53,715 bases of DNA, taken from Clostridia bacterium (GTDB taxonomy: Bacteria; Bacillota; Sulfobacillia; SLMV01). Positions 9,411 to 17,767 of this stretch are shown piece after piece; position 1 is the stretch's first letter, and each line of letters opens with the position of its first letter. The position numbers and the translations under genes were made by a program. Below the pieces are notes generated by a model that saw only the letters and a list, made by a program, of their open reading frames with translations, was not told the origin of the DNA and did no database searches. The stretch spans positions 1-53,715 of the forward strand of contig PWSR01000147.1 of NCBI GenBank assembly GCA_003563985.1. Reading direction: 5' to 3'.

Positions 9411-10357
9411 GGGGGGATGCGGTGCGCGGCGAAATCGGTGGTTGGATCAAGCCCGATAAGCTGATTCCGGGTGCTACCGTGGGCGTAGTGGCTCCCGCCG
9501 GCCCCGTCGATCGCGCACGCCTGGAGACCGGTGAAGCGCAACTCCGGGAGATGGGATTTTCCGTCCGCAGAGGCACGCATCTACTGGAATCCCGGGCGTA
9601 TCTCGCCGGTTGCGATGCCGATCGAGCACGAGATCTCGGGGATATGATCTCCGATCCGGGTATAGATGCCATATTCTTTGCCCGGGGTGGCTTCGGTTGC
9701 ACCCGGTTGATTCCCCACCTGAGGACCCGCCAACTCCGGGAGAACCCGAAGGCGTTGGTGGGGTTCAGCGATATTACCGCCCTCCACCTGTGGGCACTTC
9801 GAAACGGAGTAATAACCTTTCACGGTCCCGTCGTGGCGGGGCAATGGCCCTGGACGACGGAGTGCAGCCAGAGCCTCTTCTCAGCGTTGACGCAAACTGC
9901 GCCCCCCGGTGAGATACCGGAGCCCGAGGATGGCCCGAAGCGATCGTGCATTCGACCGGGGAAGGCGCACGGCAGGATAATCGGTGGGAACCTTAGCATG
10001 CTGCTGGCCTCCCTGGGCACGGACTACGAACTGGATTCGCGGGGTGCCATCCTCTTCATCGAAGAGGTTGGTGAACCGGCATACCGCATCGATCGAATGT
10101 TCACCCAGTTGGCCCACGCCGGCAAATTACGAGGGATTTCGGGTATGGTACTCGGCGATTTTTGCAGTTGTCCCCCGTTCGGGGATCGTGGTTATATAGA
10201 GATCGTTCGAGAGATTTGCGAGGCATGGGATATCCCCTGCTTCCGAGGGTTGGCGACCGGTCACGGCCGGCAGCGATTGACTCTGCCGCTGGGTGTTCGC
10301 GCGGAGATGGATGCCGGCAGGCAGTCGTTACGTATTCTCGAGGGCGCGGTGCAATGA
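9389..10357 (+). CDS. LD-carboxypeptidase (peptidase S66, LdcA/MccF family)
   Basis: GATVGVVAPAG, ARGGFG and VGFSDITALH (nucleophile Ser region). The longest-ORF start at 9389 lies inside the hairpin, so the in-frame GTG at 9422 (after GGGGGG) may be the real start. Confidence 0.85.
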   Translation: MGAESLGWGDAVRGEIGGWIKPDKLIPGATVGVVAPAGPVDRARLETGEAQLREMGFSVRRGTHLLESRAYLAGCDADRARDLGDMISDPGIDAIFFARGGFGCTRLIPHLRTRQLRENPKALVGFSDITALHLWALRNGVITFHGPVVAGQWPWTTECSQSLFSALTQTAPPGEIPEPEDGPKRSCIRPGKAHGRIIGGNLSMLLASLGTDYELDSRGAILFIEEVGEPAYRIDRMFTQLAHAGKLRGISGMVLGDFCSCPPFGDRGYIEIVREICEAWDIPCFRGLATGHGRQRLTLPLGVRAEMDAGRQSLRILEGAVQ

Positions 10358-10540
10358 GAGCGGGTTCCGGGGTCGCGGCGATGTGCGATGTTCCCTTCCC
10401 GTTTCGCGCTCGAAGAAGATTGCCTGGAGGTGTTGTCGTTGTTCATGGACAGAAGACGTTGGTTGGGCGATACACCGGTTAGCCCGGATCCCCGGCGAGT
10501 GCCCGTGATCCCGGACAGGGGTGGACCGTGCCACGGTGGA

Positions 10541-11758
10541 ATGCTGATCCGGGGAGCCCGGGTTTTCGATGGACGCGGCGGAGAGCCCTTCGGTGCAGAT
10601 GTATTGATCGAGGGCAGGATGATCGTCTCGGTGGAAGCCTCGATGGAGGCACCCCGGGGCTATGAAGTGCTCGACGCCTCCGGGATGACGCTGATGCCCG
10701 GCCTGATCGATCTGCACACCCACCTCAGCTACCACGAGCCCGACGTTGCGATTTCGGAATCGCAGAGCCTCGCGGATGGAACCCTCCGCGGCCTGGAGCG
10801 TATGCGATTCTACCTGGAAAGTGGCATCACCAGTGTGCGAGACGCCGGCTCCCACGGGGATGTGACCTATCGTTTGAAGGCATGGGCTGCGGACGGGCGC
10901 ATCAACGGCCCCCGGGTTTTCCCGGCGGGACAGTTGATAACGGGGACGGGAGGGCACGGTGCCGAAGGCGTCGGGCCCACGTCTCCGGCCCTGGGGAAGA
11001 TCCGGGAGGCCTCGGGACCCGTGGACTGGCGCGAGGCAGTACGCGAAAGCTTCAAGCGGGGTGCAGACGTGATCAAGGTTGCCAGTCACTTCTCCCCGCC
11101 GGAGATCGCCGCGGCCGTAGATGAAGCGCACGTACTCGGATTGCGCGTCATGTGTGATGCCGAAACGCATTACATCGATTGGGCGGTCGAGGCGGGGGTC
11201 GACAGTATTGAACACCCGTTGCCGAGGACGGACGAGGCCATCGCCATGATGGCCGATAGCGGGGTGGCCGCCGTACCCACGCTGATTCCCTACGTGATCA
11301 TATTCGATCAACTCGGAGGCTACTTTAACTCTACCTCCCGTCGTTTTTCCTTCTCTAAGGAAGACAATTTGCAGGTGGTATCCCGGATGCACCGGGCCGG
11401 CGTTCGTTTTGGAGTGGGCACGGACCTGGTCATGGACTGGTTCCGCTATCTTCCCCACGCCTACGTCCGCGAACTGACGCTTATGTCCGAGGCGGGCCTC
11501 GCGAACCTCGAGATCCTCGAGGCAGCCACGCTGGGAGGAGCCCGTATCTTGGACATGGAGGATAGGCTCGGGAGCGTGGAGCCCGGAAAACTTGCCGACC
11601 TGATCCTGGTTGCGGGTGCACCGGACCGCGAACTCGAGGATTTGGCCCGTGTGGATACGGTGATCCGCGACGGGCGCGTGGAGGTTGCGGACGGGCGATC
11701 CCTACTGCCGCGAGGTCGGGCCAAGACCTTTGAGGGCATCACACCACCGGATGCCTGA
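10541..11758 (+). CDS. Amidohydrolase-family metallohydrolase (COG1228-like)
   Basis: MLIRGARVFDG...MPGLIDLHTHL metal-binding HxH motif. The start is uncertain; the track start 10388 and ATG 10445 are alternatives. Confidence 0.8.
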   Translation: MLIRGARVFDGRGGEPFGADVLIEGRMIVSVEASMEAPRGYEVLDASGMTLMPGLIDLHTHLSYHEPDVAISESQSLADGTLRGLERMRFYLESGITSVRDAGSHGDVTYRLKAWAADGRINGPRVFPAGQLITGTGGHGAEGVGPTSPALGKIREASGPVDWREAVRESFKRGADVIKVASHFSPPEIAAAVDEAHVLGLRVMCDAETHYIDWAVEAGVDSIEHPLPRTDEAIAMMADSGVAAVPTLIPYVIIFDQLGGYFNSTSRRFSFSKEDNLQVVSRMHRAGVRFGVGTDLVMDWFRYLPHAYVRELTLMSEAGLANLEILEAATLGGARILDMEDRLGSVEPGKLADLILVAGAPDRELEDLARVDTVIRDGRVEVADGRSLLPRGRAKTFEGITPPDA

Positions 11759-12465
11759 GCAAACGTAGAGCCTCAGTCGAGGCCTTTCTCGAGGAATCCA
11801 CCCCCTGCATTGTGCGGCACCTGGTCAGGGCGGGAACGAGGACGCGTGTGCACCGAGCGGTATCGTTTCCGGCTGGGCTGAAAGAATCGGTTACGTTGTG
11901 GATCCCGCCTGGACATGCCACCGCGGGATCCAGTGGGCGCGCCCCGCGGGGTCCCTCGCCCAAAAGGATTCATCCGCTAACATTTCGCCGCCGGTCGCCC
12001 GGGTTTCCGCCCCTTCCGGACACCGTCGTCGGGGACCGACGGGGGGTCATACCGGGGGAGTGACCTGCGGCCTCGATCGTGGTCCTACTGTCGCCTCCCC
12101 TCGATGCTTCACCGACCATCGCATGAGAAGCCCTGTCTGCCATGACATGCACGACCCTCGTTCTCTCTGCCGATGCCGGGGGCTACGCCGTCAATCGTCG
12201 CGATGGAACCGCGCCCCGGGCAGGACCCGAACACCCCGAAGCGAACCGTGGAGAAAGGCACCGTCGGACGCGTTGGCCGCATCTTCTTCCATCGGTGGTG
12301 ATCGACGGGCGATGTGTGGTCACGAGCCCGGGTGGAACGATTCGCCCGGGGGTGTCGCCGCCGCGTTAACCGGGGCGGCATCCAGTTTCGAATGAGGAGA
12401 CCCGTATTCTTTGGGAGTTGTTGTGGCGGTAGGTCCGAGCTTGTCCCCGATGGGAGTGGTGTATC

Positions 12466-13872
12466 GTGGCGTACGAGATGGTAATACGAGGGGCCCGTGT
12501 CGTCGACCCGGGTGCGGGACTTGATGCGAGCGCAGATGTAGCCATCGAGGGCGGTCGCGTCGCCCGGGTTGAGGCCCGCGGTCTCGGATCGATTCGAGCG
12601 CACCTGGAGATCGATGCCACCGGACTGGTCCTTATGCCGGGAATCATAGACGCGCACGTGCACCTCGCCGATTCCCGCCGTGGCGGGATCGGGCACAGGA
12701 GACTGGCCCTCGCGGGAGTAACCACGGCGGTCGAGTTTGCGGATTTCGATGCGATGGTGGCCGACCTCGCTGCCGACGGTGCGGGACTGAACCTGGCGGG
12801 CCTGGGTGTGGTGGGGCCCTACCTGGATCCCGTCGTCGACGAGGCACAGATCCTCCAGGACACCACGCGAATCGTTGACGGGGGCGCCCTGGGGATCAAA
12901 CTATTTGGTGGCCACTATCCATCTACGCCCGAGGCGACTCGCGCGGCCATACGCGTTGCCAACGAGTTCGGTTGTTACGTGGCATACCACGTCGGCACCA
13001 CGGATTCATCCAGTAATCTGGAGGGTCTGCGGGAACTCCCCGAGCTGCTGGACGGCTACCGCATGCACCTGGCCCACGTGAACGCATACCTTCGTGGTAT
13101 GACCACGGACCTTCATCGGGAGCTGGCGGAGGGTTTCGATATCCTTCGAGGCTTACCCGGTATCATCTCGGAATCCCATCTCGCACCTTACAATGGTGCC
13201 TCCGGGGCCGTGGCATCCGGTCGGCCCATCGACGAGGTGACGAATAATTGCCTGCGGATGGCGGGATACCCCGACGACCTCGATGGATTGGAGTCGGCCC
13301 TTCGAGACGGATACGCGGCGGTAAACGTCCTGGAGGAGGACCGCATGGTGCGGTTGACCGGGATGGATGCCCTGGCCGAGTGGCGGCGACTGGGAGGGGA
13401 TTGCGGTCTCTCCTTCCCGGTGAATCGGCGCACCACTGCGTTGGCCTGCGCCATCGAGACCCGTTCGGGCGGGGAAGGGGTGGACCGCGAGTTCCTGGTC
13501 GATGCTCTGGCCAGTGACGGTGGGGCGTGGCGGAACGAACTGCTGCTCAGGGGCATTCCCCTGGTCCAGTTCGGCGCGCTCTCCCTGGCCGAACTGGTGG
13601 CGAAGATATCCTACAATCCGGCGCGCATGTTCGGCTTCGAGCGCAAGGGCCATCTACGTCCCGGTGCCGATGCCGACATAACGCTGGTGGACCCGGAGAA
13701 ACGGATCGCGCGGGCTACCATCGTTTCCGGGCAGATCATCGCCCGAGATGGTCGCGTCATGGGACGCGGAGGTCGCCTCTACACGACCGACCGCGGGCAA
13801 GATGGTCTCTCGGCCCTTCCTTTCCCCGTCGAAACGGTGGATCTGGAGACCAGTCTCTTTTACCGCAAGTAG
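12466..13872 (+). CDS. Amidohydrolase-family metallohydrolase (dihydroorotase/deacylase-like)
   Basis: VIRGARVVDPG...MPGIIDAHVHL HxH motif. Full-length TIM-barrel-sized protein. Confidence 0.8.
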   Translation: MAYEMVIRGARVVDPGAGLDASADVAIEGGRVARVEARGLGSIRAHLEIDATGLVLMPGIIDAHVHLADSRRGGIGHRRLALAGVTTAVEFADFDAMVADLAADGAGLNLAGLGVVGPYLDPVVDEAQILQDTTRIVDGGALGIKLFGGHYPSTPEATRAAIRVANEFGCYVAYHVGTTDSSSNLEGLRELPELLDGYRMHLAHVNAYLRGMTTDLHRELAEGFDILRGLPGIISESHLAPYNGASGAVASGRPIDEVTNNCLRMAGYPDDLDGLESALRDGYAAVNVLEEDRMVRLTGMDALAEWRRLGGDCGLSFPVNRRTTALACAIETRSGGEGVDREFLVDALASDGGAWRNELLLRGIPLVQFGALSLAELVAKISYNPARMFGFERKGHLRPGADADITLVDPEKRIARATIVSGQIIARDGRVMGRGGRLYTTDRGQDGLSALPFPVETVDLETSLFYRK

Positions 13873-14150
13873 GGCACGCCACTGCAGTGAGCGATTCGAC
13901 GGATACATGCCTTGCATCCCCACGATCACTCCGTCGCGAGGTACGTATCGCGTGGGCGAGTGGCTTGGGAAACTGCTTGGATGAGCACATCGCGCGTGGG
14001 TCGCCTGGTAGAGGGCAATAATGGACGGCGTGCGAATACCGGGGACGCCCATGCGAGGAGGATCGGTGCCTGTCGGCGGCCAAGGGATATCGAGGCCCGG
14101 CCGTTGCATATCCGTTTCGATTCGCTCGCCGGGACCGAGACGATTGAGAG

Positions 14151-15071
14151 GTGGTCGAGATGAAGAATTGGGGCTTTCACCACATACTGCCCTACCTAGA
14201 GGCAATCCCCGCCGGGGATCCAGCAGTCCTGGCGGTAGCCGGTGCGCAGGATGATGCCGTCTTGCAAACGTGCGTGGACGCGGCGCGGTCGGGCATTGCG
14301 CGCTCGCTGCTCTTCGGAGATGGCGAGGCCATTCGGGAGGCCGTGTCGTCCCTGGATGCCCCCGAGGAATGGTTGGAGATCCGTCATTCCGGGCAACCCG
14401 CGACGGACGCCGCCCTGGCGGCGGGGCGGGGGGAAGCCGACATTTTGGTGAAGGGTTTTGTCTCCTCGGGAGACTTCCTGAGGGCGGTTCTGGGGGAGTC
14501 CTCGGGTCTTCGCTCGAGCCGCCTGCTGAGCCACGTCGGGTTTTTCGATATACCGTCCTATCCCCGCCTGTTGGGTATGAGCGATGGAGGTATCAACATT
14601 TTCCCGGATTTCGAAGCGAGGGTCGAGATCGTGTCTAATGCCGCCGATCTCGGGCGACGCGTTCTCGGTCGGGCACCACGCATCGCGCTGGTTTCCGCAG
14701 TGGAAAAGGTTCAGACCAACATGCCTGTAACCCTGGAGTGGGCGGCCATCGCCAAGATGGGGATGCGCGGCGAGTTCGGAGACGCTTTCATCGACGGTCC
14801 CCTGGGCTTGGACATCGCGCTGGATCCCGGTGCCGCCCGGGGTAAAGGAATCCCGGGGGAAGTGGCCGGTAACGCGGATATCATCGTGGTACCCGATATT
14901 CAATGCGGCAACATCATGGGAAAGAGCCTGACGTACCTGGCCAATGCGACGATGGCGGGGCTCGTTGTGGGGGCCCGCGTCCCAGTCGTTCTCAACTCGC
15001 GGACGGACTCCCCGGCGGCGCGCTTGGCTTCCATCGTCGTGGCCGTCAGTGCAACGGGGGGCGACTCATGA
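14151..15071 (+). CDS. Phosphate acyltransferase of the PTA/PTB family (phosphate butyryltransferase-like)
   Basis: Family-typical regions ADILVKG, SHVGFFD, MSDGGIN, GNIMGKSL. No acyl kinase gene is adjacent. Confidence 0.8.
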   Translation: MVEMKNWGFHHILPYLEAIPAGDPAVLAVAGAQDDAVLQTCVDAARSGIARSLLFGDGEAIREAVSSLDAPEEWLEIRHSGQPATDAALAAGRGEADILVKGFVSSGDFLRAVLGESSGLRSSRLLSHVGFFDIPSYPRLLGMSDGGINIFPDFEARVEIVSNAADLGRRVLGRAPRIALVSAVEKVQTNMPVTLEWAAIAKMGMRGEFGDAFIDGPLGLDIALDPGAARGKGIPGEVAGNADIIVVPDIQCGNIMGKSLTYLANATMAGLVVGARVPVVLNSRTDSPAARLASIVVAVSATGGDS

Positions 15072-16177
15072 AACCCAGTGTGGGGGACGTCTCGGAAGTC
15101 ATCGATGCCCTGGTCCCCCGGGATCTGGCGGAAGATTGGGACAATGTGGGACTCCAGGTGGGCGAGTCCGGGGAAACCGTGTCGTGCCTGGGAATCTCCC
15201 TGGACGCATCGCCGGCCAGCCTCGCCGAGGCTGATCGCCTGGGGGTGGATATGTTGGTGGTCCACCATCCCCTGATCTTTCGTCCCCGGACGAACATCAC
15301 CGCTTCGGACCGCGTGGGTCAATTACTTCTGGACATGATTCGGCGCGGCATATCGCTGTACTGTGCGCATACGAACCTGGATTATTCGGATCTCGGACCC
15401 AGTGCGGCCCTCGGTCGCCGCCTGAACCTAAGGGACGTGGTTCCCGTGGTTCCGTCGGCGGACCTGGTGAAGATCGCCGCCTTCGTCCCCGAGGACTCCC
15501 TTGAAGTCCTCCGCCGTGCCCTCGGAGACGCCGGTGCGGGCAACATTGGGGCGTACAGCCATTGCACATTTTCCGCTCCCGGGGAGGGCACATTCCGCCC
15601 CTCCGAGTCTACATCTCCCTACATCGGGAAACGGGGTGAGGTCAACCGGGTTTCCGAGTATCGGGTGGAAACGGTGGCACCCCGCAATCGCCTGGGAGCG
15701 GTCCTTTCGGCGCTCCTTCGAGCCCATCCCTACGAGGAGCCGGCCTACGATGTGTATCCCCTGGAAAATGCGCGTGACGTGGGCGCGGGACGAATAGGAG
15801 ATCTTCCGGAGGCCACGTCGGCCGAGGATCTTGCCGATCACCTCCGGCGGCTATCGGGTTGTCGCGGGTTGCGGCTCCTCGGGGACCCGGGAGAGCGTAT
15901 CGATCGGGTCGCCGTGGCCTCGGGTTCGGGATCGGGGATCTGGCGCTCTGTCCTCGGGATGGGTGGCGACGTCCTGCTCACCGGGGACCTGGATTATCAT
16001 TCGGCGGAGGACATCATGGCCGCCGGCCTCGTAGCGATCGACATGGGCCACGCGGGATCGGAAGCCCCCTTCCTGGGGGATTTCTCTTCCGCCATCCGAG
16101 ACGAGTTGTGCTCGCGTGGATACGACTGTCGGGTCGTAGAACTGACCCCGACCCTCGACCCGTGGGTATGCCTGTAG
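15068..16177 (+). CDS. Nif3-family dinuclear metal centre protein (YqfO-like with inserted domain)
   Basis: DWDNVGLQVG, MLVVHHPLIF and CAHTNLD motifs. ATG at 15068 overlaps the ptb-like stop (ATGA). The track ORF start at 14903 is an upstream extension. Confidence 0.9.
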   Translation: MKPSVGDVSEVIDALVPRDLAEDWDNVGLQVGESGETVSCLGISLDASPASLAEADRLGVDMLVVHHPLIFRPRTNITASDRVGQLLLDMIRRGISLYCAHTNLDYSDLGPSAALGRRLNLRDVVPVVPSADLVKIAAFVPEDSLEVLRRALGDAGAGNIGAYSHCTFSAPGEGTFRPSESTSPYIGKRGEVNRVSEYRVETVAPRNRLGAVLSALLRAHPYEEPAYDVYPLENARDVGAGRIGDLPEATSAEDLADHLRRLSGCRGLRLLGDPGERIDRVAVASGSGSGIWRSVLGMGGDVLLTGDLDYHSAEDIMAAGLVAIDMGHAGSEAPFLGDFSSAIRDELCSRGYDCRVVELTPTLDPWVCL

Positions 16178-16223
16178 TCCGCGATATTTCCCGTCACAGC
16201 GGGCAAAGTGGGATCACATCCTT

Positions 16224-16254
16224 TTGGACACTCCACCCCATCCTCTGCTATAAT
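16224..16254 (+). promoter_or_regulatory. Sigma-70-type promoter for rnpB
   Basis: -35 TTGGACA (16224-16230), a spacer of about 18 nt, and extended -10 TGcTATAAT (16246-16254). It ends 6-7 nt before the predicted RNase P RNA 5' end. Confidence 0.6.
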
Positions 16255-16260
16255 TGGGAT

Positions 16261-16650
16261 GCGAGTGGGCCGGGCAGTCGCGCCCGGAGACCTTCACCGT
16301 TGTTTCGATCCCGCCGGGTTTGAATTGTTGTCGCGGCGAAGGTCTCGGGGTGAGGAAAGTCCGAACTCCATAGGGCAGGGTGCCGGATAACATCCGGTGA
16401 GGGCGACCTCCAGGAAAGTGCCACAGAAATGACACCGCCCCGCGAGGGGTAAGGGTGAAATGGTGGTGTAAGAGACCACCGGCGGTCGGGTAACCGGCCG
16501 GCCAGGCAAACCCCACCCGGAGCAAGGCTGAATAGGAGAGGGATGACGCGGCCCGTCGACCTCTCGGGTTAGCCGCTCGAGGCGCCGAGCGATCGGCGTC
16601 CCAGATAAATGACTGTCCCCGACAGAATTCGGCTTACAGGCCCGCTCGCA
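16261..16650 (+). ncRNA. rnpB: RNase P RNA, bacterial type A
   Basis: Universal core sequences GAGGAAAGTCCGAAC, CATAGGGCAGGGTGCCGGATAAC, GGAAAGTGCCACAGAAA, GGTAAGGGTGAAATGGTGGTGTAAGAGACCACC, GGCAAACCCCACC, AGATAAATGAC and ACAGAATTCGGCTTACAGG. The P1 helix pairs gcgagtgggcc (16261-16271) with ggcccgctcgc (16639-16649). Confidence 0.93.
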
Positions 16651-16659
16651 TTGCATCCC

Positions 16660-16704
16660 TCGACGGCTCGGGGTCTTCGGGACTTCAGCCGTCGATGCGT
16701 TTTC
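16660..16704 (+). terminator. Candidate intrinsic terminator after rnpB
   Basis: 9-bp stem: tcgacggct (16660-16668) pairs with agccgtcga (16687-16695), followed by tgcgtttt. Confidence 0.5.
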
Positions 16705-16785
16705 GGAACTGATTCGAGACTTGTCCGTCTACAAGGCGAGATACCCGCGTCATGTGGCGAGGGATGAATTGGGAGGGAAAATGCC

Positions 16786-17691
16786 GTGAAGCGACGAGTC
16801 GGATCCTGGATTGTCCCGCTGTTGGTCCTAGCGTTGGCTGTGACGGTCACCGGATGTTGGGGAACCGATGAAGCGGAGCCGGCCCCGGCCGGCGATATAG
16901 AATTTACCGAGCCCGAAGAGACGCCCACCCCGGTTGCCGATTGGGTGGACGACATGCGAGATCCCCTCCGGGACTGGATGATCGCGAACGACGACGTTTA
17001 CGTTGCCATCGCCCGCGGTGAAGTTCCCAACCCGGGTTACGGCGTCGTCATCGAGAACCTGACATACAAGAGGTCTTCGCGGGATGAGTCCGCCTACACG
17101 ATCACGGTATCCGCGTCCTATACGGCCCCGGAGCCGGGCGTGGATTACCCCCAGGTACCATCCTTTCCCGTGGCCCTGGTCCGTTTTCCCCTGGATGCAT
17201 TGCCCGGGGCCACGCCGTCGGGATTGACCTTTGATTTCCTGGTGGACGAGTCCGAAGACGTGGCCGCGGTTGACCATCCCACCCATACGCTTACTTTGTT
17301 CTTCGGGACTCCCGACGGCGAAATGACGAAGGTGTATCGTACCGTCAAGGCGCCGGAACTGAATCCCGATCTGGTCGCGGCGGAGCTGATGATCGGACCC
17401 GTGGAAGCCGGAGCGCAAAGGCTTCTCCCGGAGGGCACCACGATCACCGCTGCGGCCGATCCCGAGGATCCGACCCTGGGGTTGGTCGATTTTAGCCCGG
17501 AGATCCTGGAAGTGCGGGGAACGCTGGGTGAGATGTTGGCCATTTACAGCGTCGTCAATAGCTTCATCGAGAACGATCTCGGTTTCGATCGGATTCAGGT
17601 GAGCGTGGACGGGGAGACGCGGGAACTGGGTCACCTGGACATCTCCGATCCCCTCACTTACGACGACGCATTGCTCCTGGAAGACAAGTAG
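16786..17691 (+). CDS. Lipoprotein with PrcB_C-like N-terminal region and C-terminal GerMN-like domain
   Basis: Lipobox VTGC after a signal peptide. ARGEVPNPGYGVVIENL resembles PrcB-family lipoproteins (tentative). The C-terminal region YSVVNSFIENDLGFDRIQVSVDGE resembles GerMN. GTG start after GGGAGGG. Confidence 0.65.
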   Translation: MKRRVGSWIVPLLVLALAVTVTGCWGTDEAEPAPAGDIEFTEPEETPTPVADWVDDMRDPLRDWMIANDDVYVAIARGEVPNPGYGVVIENLTYKRSSRDESAYTITVSASYTAPEPGVDYPQVPSFPVALVRFPLDALPGATPSGLTFDFLVDESEDVAAVDHPTHTLTLFFGTPDGEMTKVYRTVKAPELNPDLVAAELMIGPVEAGAQRLLPEGTTITAAADPEDPTLGLVDFSPEILEVRGTLGEMLAIYSVVNSFIENDLGFDRIQVSVDGETRELGHLDISDPLTYDDALLLEDK

Positions 17692-17699
17692 TGCGCCCC

Positions 17700-17727
17700 T
17701 GTTTCTCGCGGTGGCAGCTGCTAGAAT
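17700..17727 (+). promoter_or_regulatory. Candidate promoter upstream of secA
   Basis: Extended -10 TGcTAGAAT at 17719-17727. The -35 is weak (tgtttc). Confidence 0.4.
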
Positions 17728-17767
17728 GTAGAGACCGCGAGGCAGCGGAAGGGGAGGCATCGTCGAT

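Noticed and set aside
11898-12395. 165-aa ORF, with overlapping 75-aa and 83-aa ORFs, filling the 707-bp gap between the amidohydrolase genes.
   Set aside because: There is no RBS. The composition is dominated by R, P, G, C, W and H, and no motif is recognisable. I treat the region as non-coding or decayed (see the finding) rather than calling a gene.
11759-12465. A c-di-AMP (ydaO-type), cobalamin, TPP or SAM riboswitch, or OLE-like large RNA, in the long gap. I also looked in the 13873-14150 and 39069-39351 spacers.
   Set aside because: I looked for the hallmark strings I remember, such as GGGGTGAATC and CAGCTAACCTCGTAAGC for ydaO, the B12 box, and CTGAGA...ACCTGATCTGGATAATACCAGCG for TPP. 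I found only trivial partial matches, so I cannot support a family assignment without a covariance-model search.
13654-14205. 183-aa minus-strand ORF covering the leader upstream of the ptb-like gene.
   Set aside because: Its composition is P/R/G/S-rich and low in complexity. It overlaps the 3' end of the amidohydrolase gene and the 5' end of the ptb-like gene in antisense, and it has no RBS.
16214-16656. Minus-strand ORFs 16214-16525 and 16294-16656.
   Set aside because: They lie entirely over the RNase P RNA gene and are artefacts.
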